A stretch of DNA of 64,000 bases from Podarcis melisellensis. Lineage: Eukaryota. Of the stretch, positions 24,745-37,826 are shown one piece after another. The stretch lies in NCBI GenBank assembly GCA_964234715.1, contig OZ174290.1. One strand, 5' to 3'. The stretch's first letter is position 1. The number at the start of each line of letters is the position of its first letter. A model generated the notes under the pieces. It saw only the letters and a program-made list of their open reading frames with translations. It did no database searches and had not been told where the DNA came from. A program made the position numbers and the translations under genes.

Positions 24745-27004
24745 AAATGGTTGTAGGAAGCTAGTTAAGGCAACTGACCAAGGCACAAACAGCTAGAATT
24801 CTCATTTCCCAATGTGTTTTTTTCAAATCTTCTGCCTCATCTCACTTTCCTTTACTCAAAATTTGAGTCATGGTTAAAGTTATACCCTGGCCTCCAAACT
24901 TGTTCATGTAAATGTAATATTCCTTAGTGTAGCATTTTCTAGTATCAATGTTCTTGGGGTGCACAGGAAAAGGCACTCATTAACTAGATCGTGACCACAG
25001 TCCACATATTATCTATGTAATACTTTGTGTTGAATTATGAGATTTAAATTCTGTTGGTTATTTGCAGGAAGTTTTGTTTGGTAACTTGGAATAGTTTGCA
25101 CAGCTTTGAAAGAGGGGCATGTTAGGCATGACCAAGTAGACTACTGCAGCAGCATTCTCATTGGATTAAGCCAGTTGAAATGGGTTGCCTCCCTCCCTCC
25201 TCCCCTCTCAGTTTTGAGTGAGCAACAACCTCCATGCTCCCAACAGTGTGGGTGGGTTGTGGTAAAATTGTCCCTTCTTTCTTATCCTCATTGACAGTCT
25301 TCCCCTCTGTAGATGATGTGGCTGCTATAAACTCTGAAATGCATTTTTTATTCTGATCTTTTAAATTCTCATTCATGGGGAATCAATAGAGGGGTTAATA
25401 GAGGCTGGAAACTGTTCAGAAATATCCTGGCCAAACTGTGGAGGGCCATGGGAGCCTGAAATGCCATGGTAACATGCCAGGAGGTAATTTATTTTAAAAA
25501 ACTTATTGGACCCAGTGAAGCATAAGTGCGAGGATAAGAGGAAGCGTATGCGCAAATGGGCAAAAGAATGAAATCCTTCAGATTTTCGGTGATTCCTGTA
25601 GCTCCACATGCAACTATCTTGAATTAACTTTTTTGTTACCCTTCCAATTTAATTTCTTCAGGTTGACCAGTTGTGAAGAAACAGCTGGTCAAAGCTCCTT
25701 TGGGCTGCCAGGGGAGGAAACGAAGGCCAGAGTTTCCTGCCTGCCAACTGAAATGGTGAATTGCTTTTGTAGAAAAAGAGAGTTACAGGACCAGCATGGA
25801 ATTTTATCTGTTTCTTTGGCTTTAGCAGGGGACATAAATGTTCAAGCCACTCTGAAATTTCATTAATGCTGCAGATTAATTGAATATAGTTACAACATTG
25901 TGCTTCTGCTACAAAATGCCTTGAACAGATTTTATATATAGGCACAATTCAAGGATGCTCAACTTACTCTCCAACTCAGGTAATGTAATATTTCTTATTA
26001 CCCTTTGAAAGTAATCTGCAGAAAGATCTGATACAAAGATGCACAATAGGTTAGTTGAAGGAAGACAGGAACTGAAGCATTGAACTGAATAGAAAAATTG
26101 CATTGTGGAAGCAATAATGCTCTTTGCCATTCATTATTGCAATTATAATTATGCAACCTAAAAATTTAATTGGCATAGCATATTCTTCACAGTGAATAGA
26201 TCTCATTGTTTCCTCTGGGGAAAACATCCACCCTCTTCTGCATCACAAACGCCTGTGTGCTGCTCATATGCTCTCAAGAGTCCCTTTGTTTACCTGATAA
26301 GTGATTAATGGAATCATGATTTTTGTGAGGTACCGTTGGCAGCGAAGGTCAAGTGAAGAAAAAGCTTCTTCCTAGACCCCAACTTTCAAAGAGCTTAATT
26401 GTTGAAACACTACATCTGTTCCTATTTGCGTAGTTCTACAAAACTGAGTGTTTGTGAGATAGGTTAGTGGAGGAAAAAACTTGCCATGGGAGTTCCTTCT
26501 TTAAAACAGTATTCTAAACTGACACACTTTTCAGGGAGGTGGGGCAAGTGTTTGGAGGAGCAGTTTGCAGCTGCAACGCTTTTAACTGAATCACTTCTTT
26601 GATGTGTCTCGATCCAGCCTTGGTTCATGAAAACCAGCAAGGGTATGAGAGGAATGGTGTGCGGAGTCCCAACATGTGTCATGTGGAACTTGCGTCATAC
26701 ATGACATTATGTCAGCAGAAGCTTCACTGGGTGCTTGCATGTGTGTTGCAAGTACAAAGGTACCATGAGCAGAATATTATATATTCCCTATTTAATTTGT
26801 TATATACTCATGGGGTAGCAAATCAAGACTTGATCATTCTAGCATGCCTGTAACAGAATAATAAGTTTTCAAACAGTTAATATTTGACTTGCGAAACCTT
26901 AGATTCATAAGTTCTTTTGTTCCTCCCAAATTCCGGAATGCAGACTTTGTGGTTTGCATTTGAGTTACTCCCCACCCCCCGTCAACATTTCAATATATGA
27001 AAAC

Positions 27005-27177
27005 AGGGAACAGAAAGCAGGTCCATCTAGCTCTATATTGCCAACATGGCTAGGCAGCTGTTCTCCAGGGTTTCAGGGAAGAAGAGGCTACAAGCCGTAC
27101 CTGGAGATGTTGGGATCGAACCCGGGACATTCCACATGCAAAACAGACACTCTACTACTCAACTACAACCGTTCCCT
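27005..27177 (-). mobile_element. tRNA(Ala)-like SINE (copy at 41165-41337)
   Basis: The minus strand reads GTAGTTGAGTAGTAGAGTGTCTGTTTTGCATGTGGAATGTCCCGGGTTCGATCCCAACATCTCCAGG: a tRNA-Ala(TGC)-like head with B-box, followed by a non-tRNA body. Confidence 0.75.
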
Positions 27178-28127
27178 AAAAGTTTCATTCTTTATTTTAT
27201 TGATTCCTAGTTTCCGTACCAATTCTATTTATTAAGTGACACTAGTGATACATATAACTTTGGGTGGGAGACTTGCATTTCCACCAATGTTTATTGGAAG
27301 ATATGCTGCTCTAAGGAAAGGGGTAGTGGGAGAAGTGGGATAGATGTCTTGAGGATTCCCTTCCACCACAAATTCTTAGAGCTTTCCTGGGTTTGCCCCA
27401 GTTTTCTGGAATCGCCTAAATGAAATATGCCTTAGTGCATATAAAACTTTTTTTTTAAAAAAGTTAACTTTTAATTTAGTTTTAGAGGACATTATGAAGC
27501 TTATAACTTAGGTTATGTTATATCGGTGATGGTAGATTACCAATAAATAGTAGTTTCCTTCTCCTAACTTGGCAGGGTATAAATACTATCGCAATCTGTG
27601 GGAAGGAAGATTGTACTTTCAGCTTCCTGAAAGGTTCATCTGAGTTCTGTCAGCCATCAGCACTTTAAAAGCGCCATTTTTCTCTTAAGAGCCTTCCTAT
27701 AATTGCAGGAGCTGAGGGGGTGGACTGGAATTGACAGTCCTTGCATTATATGTAAACGCACCTTCGGGTATAGATTTGCCTGTGCGCGTTGCTGGAAAAC
27801 ATTTTTAGCAGCAACCCTCCTAATTTTTAACTTGCTGTTGCTGATGGGTTATGAAACTTGCACAGCCCACAACACAACACTGTCCATGTTCCAGGGTAGC
27901 TGTGAACGCATCATAAAATTAATGAAAAGACTTCAAAGTGTAGACAGAGTGTTAGAGGTTGGCTGAGCATGCTGGCTTTGAATGTACCTAGTTTCTTTGC
28001 TTAGAAGTGAGATGTGGCTGGCTGTGGTCAGTGTATTTTGAATTGGAGGCCTCCAAAAGAGAGCCTTGTTTGAAGACTATCTAGGGCACCAGACTTTGTC
28101 AAGTCACAGTTGAAGGGTAAGCCTTTG

Positions 28128-28198
28128 CCTTAGCTCAGTGCACTAGATAGCTTGGCTGCTTTTGGATGCAGGAGGTTCCTGGTTCAATTTCTTGCTGG
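28128..28198 (+). mobile_element. Decayed tRNA-derived SINE head (copy at 42288-42358)
   Basis: A-box-like TAGCTCAGTG and B-box-like GGTTCCTGGTTCAATT. Confidence 0.5.
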
Positions 28199-28617
28199 AA
28201 TGAGTTCCTCACAAATATGGATAATCCTTCATTTGATGTTTACTCACTTGGATACCTCTCTGTATTCTTCACTGTCCACATCAGCCTGTGCAATTTTTTA
28301 TTTATCCTTGCTGGAATGCGCTTATTCATTAGATTTTTTTATTAGAGTTATGGTTGAGATGGCACTTTCATTCCAAGTCCCCTTTTTCAAAGCCATATAA
28401 CTTTGGAAAACAATTGTGTTTTTAGGGTACAAGGAGGTGTTCATTTTGTTCCTGTTTGTTGCAGTCTTAAAAAAAATAGTGAAGGGCATTTGAGAACCTA
28501 CAGGAGAATATGGTCAAAACAGGAAGTATCTGCACTTCAAGTTATGTGTGTGGTACTTTGATTTTGATGAGGCTGGCATTTTGTCTAAATGAGGACAGCT
28601 CTAATTGCCATGAGATT

Positions 28618-29070
28618 CTAAGAACACAAAAGCATGTCTGATTCATACCAAAGGCTATTCTTGTTATAGCATCCTGGCCTTTCAGTGGCCAACCAATTTC
28701 CTATGGTAAGCCCATGAGTTCATCTTGAGGGCCATATTAGTTGTGTGATGTTTCCCCCCAGCAACTGACATTCAGAGGCATTCTGTTTCTGACACTGAAG
28801 GAAGCATATACAGTGGAACTTCAGGTTGCGAACGTGATCCATGCGGGAGGCACGTTCGCAACCCGCAGTGCTGCGCAAAGCGCAATTTAGCGCTTCTGCA
28901 CGTGCGCAAGTGCCAAAACCCAGAAATAACCCGTTCTGCTACTTCCAGGTTTTGGCACGTCCATAACCTGAAAACGTGTAACCTGAAGCATCTGTAACCC
29001 AAGGTACCACTATAACCATAATGATTAGTAGCCATTTTGTAATCTTACCCTCCGTGAATATGTCTGATCC
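28618..29070 (-). mobile_element. CR1 3' UTR fragment interrupted by a MITE (copy at 42778-43230)
   Basis: CAGTGGCCAACCA, CAGCAACTGACATTCAGAGGCAT lie before the MITE and CATAATGATTAGTAGCCATT after it, colinear with 13130-13310 and 54826-55105. Confidence 0.6.
28811..29012. mobile_element. Tc1/mariner-type MITE, subfamily B, inverted relative to 2931-3169
   Basis: TA|CAGTGGAACTTCAGGTT ... AACCCAAGGTACCACTA|TA. Internal GTGATCCATGCGGGAGGCACGTTCGCAACCCGCA is the reverse complement of ~3113-3147. Confidence 0.85.
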
Positions 29071-32000
29071 CTAATGTAAAGGAACAGAGATCTCTAGCCT
29101 AGTTCATAAATTTGATGTCACACTTCACCAATAGGCTAGTATGGGGTATGTCTAAGACTTATGACACAAGCTTTAACAAAATCTATTTTCAACTCCACCT
29201 CTCCTACACACAGAATGAGCTTGTCTCGACTAGGAACACTGGACAAGAGCTATCTTCTCCAGTGACTCTATCCCAAAAGCTGAACTTTTAAACTGTGTAT
29301 GAGTTGCTGGTTGCAATCTTTTCCGAATTCTGTGCTTGCTAGAGGTACAGTGTATTGAATGCAACAGTTTAGATGTGACCATGATATTTGTTGCAGCTCA
29401 AAAATGGTCAGTTAGTCCTTTCCACCCAAATACGATTTGAATTTGTTGTCTTGAACAATGCCCTCCTTCTCACCCCTCGCCAACTTCTCAGTGCTCTTGC
29501 AAGGAAAGACAACCATGTTTTGCACAAGGTTGATTTGCTTTCTGTGTCTGATGGGAGTGCCAGACTGTGCAGCAGATTGGAGGCTTGTGTAGAAGGCCTT
29601 ATCTAACTCATAAATGGCCATCATGACACCCCCCACTGCATTTGAATACTGGTAGTTGTGTTGATATGAGGAAAATACATTGGGGGAAAAGGGAAATAAG
29701 TTTAGCAGATGACGAAGGACCTTAACAAAATTGCCGAGCAATTTAGGGACCCCATTACACAACTGCTTCTTCTTCCTTGAGTCGGTCTGTCTTAAATTTG
29801 CCCTTGTTCTTCTGGGTCAGATCAGTCAGTTGTAAGGAGATAAAAATGACTGGTGCCTGTGACCCAGTACTTCATTCTGTTTTCAAGTAGGGAAAAAGCA
29901 TTTTGCAGTGAAGGAAGAATAATGCTAAGTGCTGCTTGCTGTGCTGTTTTAAAGCAATGTTCATCTAGTATGTTCTAGGAGTTCCCAGCAGCTAGTGGAA
30001 AGAATCCTGTGATTTCTAGCCTAGTTTATTCATTGGGGCTACCTTCTACCTCAGGTGGATGTTCTGTAGGAATGTCTTGTTAAATTGCCAATTGCCCTTG
30101 GAGTTCCGTGCCTGAACAACAGCATTTGATGTTGAGCAGAGCACCAGTGGAAGAAAAGCTTTTAAAAATTCTTTGTCTCCCATTATCATGTGTACCTTGA
30201 TAAAGAGAACTTTAAATCCACCCATTATAATCGCAGAACAAGCTTTGGTGTTTGCCTTGGGGAGCCAAATGAGGATATAAGGCTTGACTTATCCTGTGGC
30301 TAGTTTTAACTCCTTCCTTTGCCTATAAGCAATACAAAAATGAAATTAAGAAACCATTCTATGAACAATTTGTGCTCTGTCAGTTGTTCAGAATTTGGAA
30401 ATAAGATTAATATCTCAAAACAAATGGATGTACTTCATGCTGGGTCAACGAATGATTCACAGGGCTTTGCTGTGGAACCAAAGGTGTCCACTGTGTTCAG
30501 CATCAAGGATCTGTGGATAACAATTTAGGGCTCAAATCATTTTTTTCTGTAAATGGGCAAACCTAGCTGTAGTTATTTGTATACATAATTTCTGCTGCAA
30601 ATATGTTAAAAATACAGTGCAACAGAGGTTCAATGGAGTGGACCCAGTCTGTCCAGGATTGTTTCATTTTAGTTGTGCTGACCCAGAGCCTTTGTGTAGG
30701 TAAGTTACTTTCCAGTGGCAATTTCAAACATAATGGTGGCTTTGAATTCAAAATCAGACTTCTGTAGTTCTGAAACTAGTTCAGGGTTACCAATAGGGTG
30801 ATAGGGTTCAAATAAGATATTTCCAATTTTAGGAGATCAAATATTGGCTGACTGTGCCTTAGCTGCTTTTTCCTCAAAGTTACAGTGTCATCAATAAGCA
30901 TATTTCTGAGTGGGGGAGTTCCATATGTGCATCAAGGGAATAATTGGTCAAGGAGTCCTGTGCTTGAGCATCCTTGATAATCCAGCCTTGTCTGTGAAAG
31001 GCATAAGAGGGACATTGGCAGGTTTCATACTTCCAGAATGTGGACTGGAATACATGCTTACTGCACACATGCTTACTGCACACTGGGGCATGGAAAGGAA
31101 TTGTGTTTCTGCTTTATCAGTGTGTCATGCCTGTGCTCCCCCATGTTCCCCCAGCCCAGAGGGATCACAACCCAGGTAAGACAGAGGACGCTTGATGGAG
31201 AAGCACTGAATAAAGGACATAGGGAAAGTTACTGGTAGCAGAACAGGAAGAGGAGATGGGTTCTCCAGAAGAAATGTTTCAGCTTGCTGGAATTGGGTAC
31301 ATGTTGGTTTCTAAATCAGTAGCAAAGACTGTGGCCAAAGTTCTTATTTTATACTAAGTCTCAACAAAGAGAGTTCAGAACAGCTGTTGGGGAGGGGTTG
31401 TTTTTATCCCCCATTCCCAGTGAAAATTACAGAGAGTTTCTGGTTACTGTAGTCACACTTGCTTTGAATAAAACTCCCCAAGGATAAACCTAAAAGCAGT
31501 GAAACTTGACTAACAATCCATTTGGGAATCATTGTCGGTATGAGCCAGATGAGTCAAATGTGATATTTGCAGCTTACAAAGCAGTTTGGGGGTGGGGGTG
31601 GGGGGAAAGAGCAGGGGAGAGAAGTAAGCAACAGAAAGTAGTTCTAAAAATATGTGCCAAACTGGTTGCTCAGAATAGGGAGGAAAAAAGTCCATCCCAT
31701 TTTGTGACTTCAGTCCAAAGTTGACAAGATGGTGGGTTCTATGCAACACTGCCACTTTTTCTGCCCTTTAAATGCCTTTTGACATTTAAAAGTTTAAATT
31801 CCATATGTGCAGGAAGTGAAACAATTTCAGATGTTTAGATTCTTGGGACTTAGCATCTTGGAATGGTGATGGTTCTGGGAGTGCTACTGATCGTGCAGAT
31901 TCAGTGCATAGGAAGATGAATTTTTCATAGAGCATTGACCCAAAATGTACAGAAACAAATGATTTATCATTTCACCATGCTAGTCATTTAAGGTGCTACA

Positions 32001-33057
32001 AAAAGTGTTTGTTTTTGGAAGTAACCAAAGCAACAAATTTTTAATACTGTAGTTCCTTCATTAAGATGCTCTCCACCCCTGTGACAGAAATATTCTAGTC
32101 CATAAATTTAAAAAGATTGTCACCATCCATCTAAAGGCTGTTTTTGATGTTGCTACTTATTCGTCTGTTGGTTATCTGCCCCACAAAGTGTATGGCGGGG
32201 GGGGGGGGGAGAGAGAGAGAACTTGATACGCAGATATATTGTGTGTAACACTTGGCAGCAAGAGTTGGAATTGGATTACTAGCTGCTATTCTAGCAAGTA
32301 AGCCCAAATGGTGTTTTTATAGCTTATCTCTCTTCATCTGTGTTCTGTGGGCTTTGCTTGCCAAGTGTTAACGGAAACATTCTCTGCAGTATCAGTCCAC
32401 CAGCCTCCTTGAAATCTCTGCTTCTCTTTTCCACATACATTTTTTCCTAAACCAAAGAGGTTGTATGGTCATAAATCAAACCCCAGCAGCCCTGTAGATG
32501 AAATGACTTTCCACAACTGCATGAAACGTGATCATTTAATGTCTAGCAGGATTTCCCACCTGAGTCAACAAATTCAGCACTGGATAAGTGGGCCGCCTTG
32601 CCCTGGAAGTTTTACCCCTCCTTTTGGATTTCATGTCCGTCTCTAGTTGTTTATTGGAGGGTGGAGAAAAATGCCTACCTTGCTACAAAACTGTAACCCG
32701 TCACCATGTCTTCTCAAAAGAGGAGCATGCCCCACATGGCCTCTCTTGTCTAGAGCAGCCTTCTGTTCTCACAGTGTATGTACATTGCCAGCCTTGATCC
32801 TAATGAGTGCTTGTTTCTGACATTTAGTCATGTGCTGAATTTAGATGTGCATTATGAGAATTGGCGTAGAAACTGTGTTGTTTGGCGTTACTTCAGGTAC
32901 CTCAAAATCTATGAAAGTTGAGACAATAGGATCTCGTGTCAAGAAAAGCACTCCTATTTGTGGTTCCCACTTTCCTACCTGGTATGGTAACTTGCATGCT
33001 CTCAGAAGAATGATTTGGGAGTGTTAACTCAAACTTGAAATTCAGTGATGATATTCC

Positions 33058-33454
33058 TGTTGTTGTTTAGTCGTTTAGTCGTGTCCGACTCTTCGTGACC
33101 CCATGGACCAGAGCACGCCAGGCACTCCTGTCTTCCACTGCCTCCCGCAGTTTGGTCAAACTCATGCTGGTAGCTTCGACAACACTCTCCAACCATCTCG
33201 CCCTCTGTCATCCCCTTCTTCTTGTGCCCTCCATCTTTCCCAACATCAGGGTCTTTACCAGGGAGTCTTCTCTTCTCATGAGGTGGCCAAAGCATTGGGC
33301 CTCAGCTTCACAATCTGTCCTTCCAGTGAGCACTCAGGACTGATTTCCTTCAGAATGGATAGGTTTGATCTTCTTGCAGTCCATGGGACACTCAAGAGTC
33401 TCCTCCAGCACCATAATTCAAAAGCATCAATTCTTCGGTGATCAGCCTTCTTTA
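33058..33454 (-). mobile_element. 5'-truncated Bov-B LINE fragment, frameshifted
   Basis: Closely similar to 23217-23666. Has a 1-nt deletion (AAGCATTGGGCCTC vs AAGTATTGGAGCCTC) and a (CAA)n tail. No clear TSD. Confidence 0.93.
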
Positions 33455-33648
33455 ACCATGCTAAAAATGCAAATGATTAACTGTAGACACTGAGCAAACA
33501 TGGGATACAACCACAGTTACTTAGTTGTTATTGAACCCTTACCACCACTAATGATTATCTGTGCTTCACAGTAATTAAAACAAGAGTTGTGGTTTATTTT
33601 GTTGTCCTTGACAAGAGGTTCATCCACACTTATGCTTGCCCCCACCAC

Positions 33649-33848
33649 NNNNNNNNNNNNNNNNNNNNNNNNNNNNNNNNNNNNNNNNNNNNNNNNNNNN
33701 NNNNNNNNNNNNNNNNNNNNNNNNNNNNNNNNNNNNNNNNNNNNNNNNNNNNNNNNNNNNNNNNNNNNNNNNNNNNNNNNNNNNNNNNNNNNNNNNNNNN
33801 NNNNNNNNNNNNNNNNNNNNNNNNNNNNNNNNNNNNNNNNNNNNNNNN
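33649..33848. other. Assembly gap, 200 N
   Basis: A run of exactly 200 Ns between the two duplicate copies. Confidence 0.99.
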
Positions 33849-35722
33849 TTGAGAAGCACTGCTGTCTTGTCATTCTCATAATAGGAGGGTAGGTGAGATC
33901 AGACTGTGTTAATAGTGTCTGCAAAACATGAACATCCTACTGTCAGAAATTGGTGTTATGCTGAGCTGGTGCCTGACTTGGCAAGCAAGAGTTCATGCTA
34001 AAGCCTTCTAACTTCAAGACGAATGCTAGAGTCTCTCTGCTCTTAGTTAAATGATGACACATTGCTTACCATCAATCCAATTCCTATTCTCCAGAATTTG
34101 TAGCTTAAAGGGGAGTTTTTTGTGGAGGGTCCGCCCTCAGATAGTGACCATGAGATTTGAATAATAGCTGTGGTAATGCTCTTGAACATTTCAGGTCATT
34201 GAACTGCAGGCTTGGCCTTATTAATTTGCAAGGATAGGGTGGTGGTAGTCTGCAAGTAGTGTAGTATCCTTCCTTAAGCACCATCTATCTCATCTCTACC
34301 TCCAAAATCAAGAATCTAGGGATGAACAAATGTGCCTATTTCAGTTTCTCATTTTTCCAATCTCAAGTTCAGTTTGCCACAGTATTGTGCCGGTGTCCAG
34401 GTTTTTTTTTTTAAAAAAAGTCCTCACAAAAGCTAATCTGCGTTCCAGTGCACATTATCCTAATATGCATTGTTTTGCAAGCAACTTTCAGTAATATAAT
34501 GCATTGCTCTACACATTTTTTGGTGGGAGAGAGCTGCATCACAAAATTTGGAGAAGTGTGAATTTTGATGGATAGCTGTGTTTCAGTTTGTGTTTTATTT
34601 CAGTAACTGTGAGTTGGGTAGAACAGAACCCTCATGTGAAATGGTCACAGTCTGTATCTTAACCATATACTGTACCTCATTTCCAGGCAAATAAAATAGT
34701 TTCTAATGCTATGTTAATACTAGCCATAAAACATTTAATTTGTCATGGAAAAATACCATCCCCACCGTGATCTGGAGAGCCCCTTCTTTTACTTTTTAAA
34801 CGTATTTGGGAAATATTTCTACTTCAGCTTTCTTTTTTAATGTATGAAGTTGCTCCGATAATCGGCTGCACTACATGTTTTAAAAATCACTGCTCCTAAA
34901 TCTTCTCTGTTGTCAAAAATGTTTGGATTGTTGTGTATTTAATTTTGTTGTTGGCTCCTAATACTTTGTAAGACTTCTCTAATGCACAACCAAATATACC
35001 AAATTTTATAAAAAACAAATACCTTAATACATGAAAAATAGATAAATGCTTGTATTTGATATGCATATAAAAACAAGCATGTTCTGGCTGAACACTGATT
35101 GTCTTCAGTAGTATAAAAGTCAAACACAAGTTCTTGTGTTTCATACAGAAAACAAGCATCTTGCCTTCATATTTGCAATCAGTGTTACTACTTGTATGTG
35201 GGCAGTATTGCCCACCTTTGACATGAGTGGATATATTTTATCATGCTTGTTGTCTCCTAGAATGTTGAACGAAGAAGTGTCCCAAGCAAAATTGGATTGT
35301 ACTGCTAAGGTCTCTAGCATTTCATAAGTATGGCACTTGCCCATATAGGAATCATTTTGCTCCAACTCCTGGGCAGCTTTGACTAGGCAATGCCAGGACC
35401 AGTGCTTATACTGACCAGTGGTGTTGAATTGGGATGCCCTTGCCCTTGATATTGTGCTACGTTTGGTGGTAAAGTTTTCCATGTTACAGCAGAGAAGATG
35501 CTTGCAATGGCAATGTAATGTTAATTATAGTTTGTTAACCATTGCAGATACTGGTCAGTAAAATTATGGCCCTTAGTCACTCCAATAAGTCAGGTCGGGG
35601 GCTATATTTCCTACCCTGTATTGTAATAGCCTTGTTCCCAGTTGTTGATTGTGTGTGTGCTTGTGTATGTTTGAGGGAGAAGATACAGAAGCACCTCCAG
35701 CTTCAGCCATACTTGGTATTAA

Positions 35723-35764
<42 letters not shown>

Positions 35765-35810
35765 ACAAACAAAAACAAACACAAACACAAACACAAACAA
35801 ACACAAACAC
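35723..35810. repeat. (AAGC)10 followed by (AAAC)/(AAACAC)n
   Basis: Directly counted. Three units shorter than copy 1. Confidence 0.95.
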
Positions 35811-37376
35811 GGAATGTGTCAGTGGGGTTCCTTAAGTGCACTATTGTATAAGTCTGTTACGTTTTAATTGAACAGCCTTTCTGAAGATTCAGAAGATTTG
35901 GAGGAATGGCGAGAGAACACACTAAGCAGGCATTTTTTTCCAGCGAACTGTGACTTGCTCTTCTTTCTGTTTGTTGATATATTCATCTTAAACAAAGTGC
36001 TCATTTTGTCCCTGTTCACTCTATGTTTGCTGCACTTCTGGTCCATTTCCTGTCTTGCACTTAACACTGCCCAAGCCTGGCTGGAAGATGTTTTGTGCAG
36101 TGGAATAAGACTAATGTGTTAAATATTTAACATTGCTAATTGATTCAATAGGAAGGAAAAATGAGCAGCCGGAGCTTGCCTGGAGCTGTGGTCAGCACTC
36201 TTTTTTCTCTTAAACTGCTGAGAAAACAGTAACTGTGCCTCTTGGATGTGCCAAGCCATTGTGATGGGGCTGGAGGCCAGGGCTGGGTCATTTCATGCGG
36301 AGGCGCTGGCAAATTTCTGATGCCCTTGGCGGAGATGTGGAAGCTGGAGGTTGAGGAGTAGGTGTGTTGGTCACCCAAGAATGACCTTGGGGTGCTTGTG
36401 TTGTGTAGGTGAAGGAATACAGAGGAGGTCTTTCAACAATTCAGAAACACTGAAGCAGTGCCAGTGGCTCTTCTTGTGTGTATTCCCTTACACCTTAAAC
36501 TTGGTTCATGCTTTGAAGACAACTGGCCTCTCTGACCTTGATTACCATATCTCCTTGACCCTGAATTACATCGTCTGTTACTGCCGTAGCATTTTGATGT
36601 TGTGCTAGGTGATGAGAAGCCTCCAACTCTTCATTTCTTTGCCTCACTGACCTCAAAATGCAGAGGGAAATCCGATAGGATTCTTCTGCTGGATTAGGCT
36701 GATTTTATTTGACGTCTCCGCTTTGCATCGTTGCTGCCTTTAGCTACATCGTAACCTTCTTGGACTGCTGACAAGAGGAGTGTCCGTCAAACACCCCAGC
36801 TGTTGGCTACCTCTGCCGTTGGCCTGCACAGCATTGGTCAACCTCCTTGTTTTTTCATTTGCTTCATGCCCAGGTTACGTTTCCTTGTACAGTACATCAG
36901 AAGTAGGATGATGTTGTAGGCTGCCTTGAACTTGGAGGCAGGCTATAAATATTGCAGTAACTTGCAGTATATCTTTGCATATAGAGAGGAATCTGGCCGT
37001 GGAATTTAAAAATGTCAGGCTCTTAGAGCAAACAGACTACCTAGTTTTCCATGGGTGCTGCAGGTAGAGGAGAGGATGTGTTGCCACCATTTATCCATCT
37101 GTTTAATGAATTTCTATCCTGTCTTTTTTTCCTTTTAAATGTTTTGACAACATGGACGAAAACGATGGGGTTTGATTTTGCTACATTATATTTCCTAAAT
37201 AAATGAAATCCAAGACTTTTGTGACCATGGAGGTAAGTATTCACATGCAGTCTGGCTTTAGAATGTCTAGTGTGCTAGATGCCAAGATGCTGAATTTGAA
37301 AAACTTTGATATGAAGGTGCAACAGCTAGTACAATTTGATTTAACGGGCTCCATTCTAAAGCACTATAAAATCTTT

Positions 37377-37826
37377 GTTGTTCTTGTTTAGTCATTTAGT
37401 TGTTTCCGACTCTTCGTGACTCCATGGACCAGAGCACACCAGGCATTTCTGTCTTCCACTGCCTCCTGCAGTTTGGTCAAACTCACGCTGGTGGCTTCGA
37501 TAACACTGTCCAACCATCTCATCCTCTGTCGTCCCCTTCTCCTTGTGCCCTCAATCTTTCCCAACATCAGGGTCTTTTCCAGGGAGTCTTCTCTTCTCGT
37601 GAGGTGGCCAAAGTATTGGAGCCTCAGCTTCAGGATCTGTCCTTCCAGTGAGCACCCAGGGCTGATTTCCTTCAGAATGGATACGTTTGATCTTCTTGCA
37701 GTCCATGGGACTCTCAAGAGTCTCCTCCAGCACCATAATTCAAAAGCATCAATTCTTTGGCGATCAGCCTTCTTTATGGTCCAGCTCTCACTTCCATACA
37801 TCACTACTGGGAAAACCATAGCTTTA
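37377..37826 (-). mobile_element. Bov-B LINE fragment (duplicate of 23217-23666)
   Basis: Identical ORF at 37388-37819 and the same TSD. Confidence 0.95.

Larger units (their letters stand above)
19677..33648 (+). repeat. Copy 1 of a ~14 kb direct duplication
   Basis: Matches 33849-47808 at offset 14172, then 14160 after the AAGC repeat. The ORF track is duplicated. Confidence 0.98.

Noticed and set aside
27100-27177. tRNA-Ala gene
   Set aside because: The cloverleaf is degenerate and runs into a SINE body. It is a SINE head. The same applies to 52570-52637.
31052-31081. 15-bp tandem duplicate ACATGCTTACTGCAC x2, and the 13-bp direct repeat AAAACCACTCAGA at 47941/47983
   Set aside because: Two-copy local duplications typical of slippage. 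No array or spacer structure, and nothing CRISPR-like in this eukaryotic DNA.
31975-32020. Tiny Penelope-terminus-like remnants (TAGTCATTTAAGGTGCTACA; similar hints near 750-790 and 6015-6035)
   Set aside because: Too short and degenerate to support by eye. No hammerhead core is retained.
33517-33924. ORFs with X runs
   Set aside because: Artefacts of reading through the N gap.
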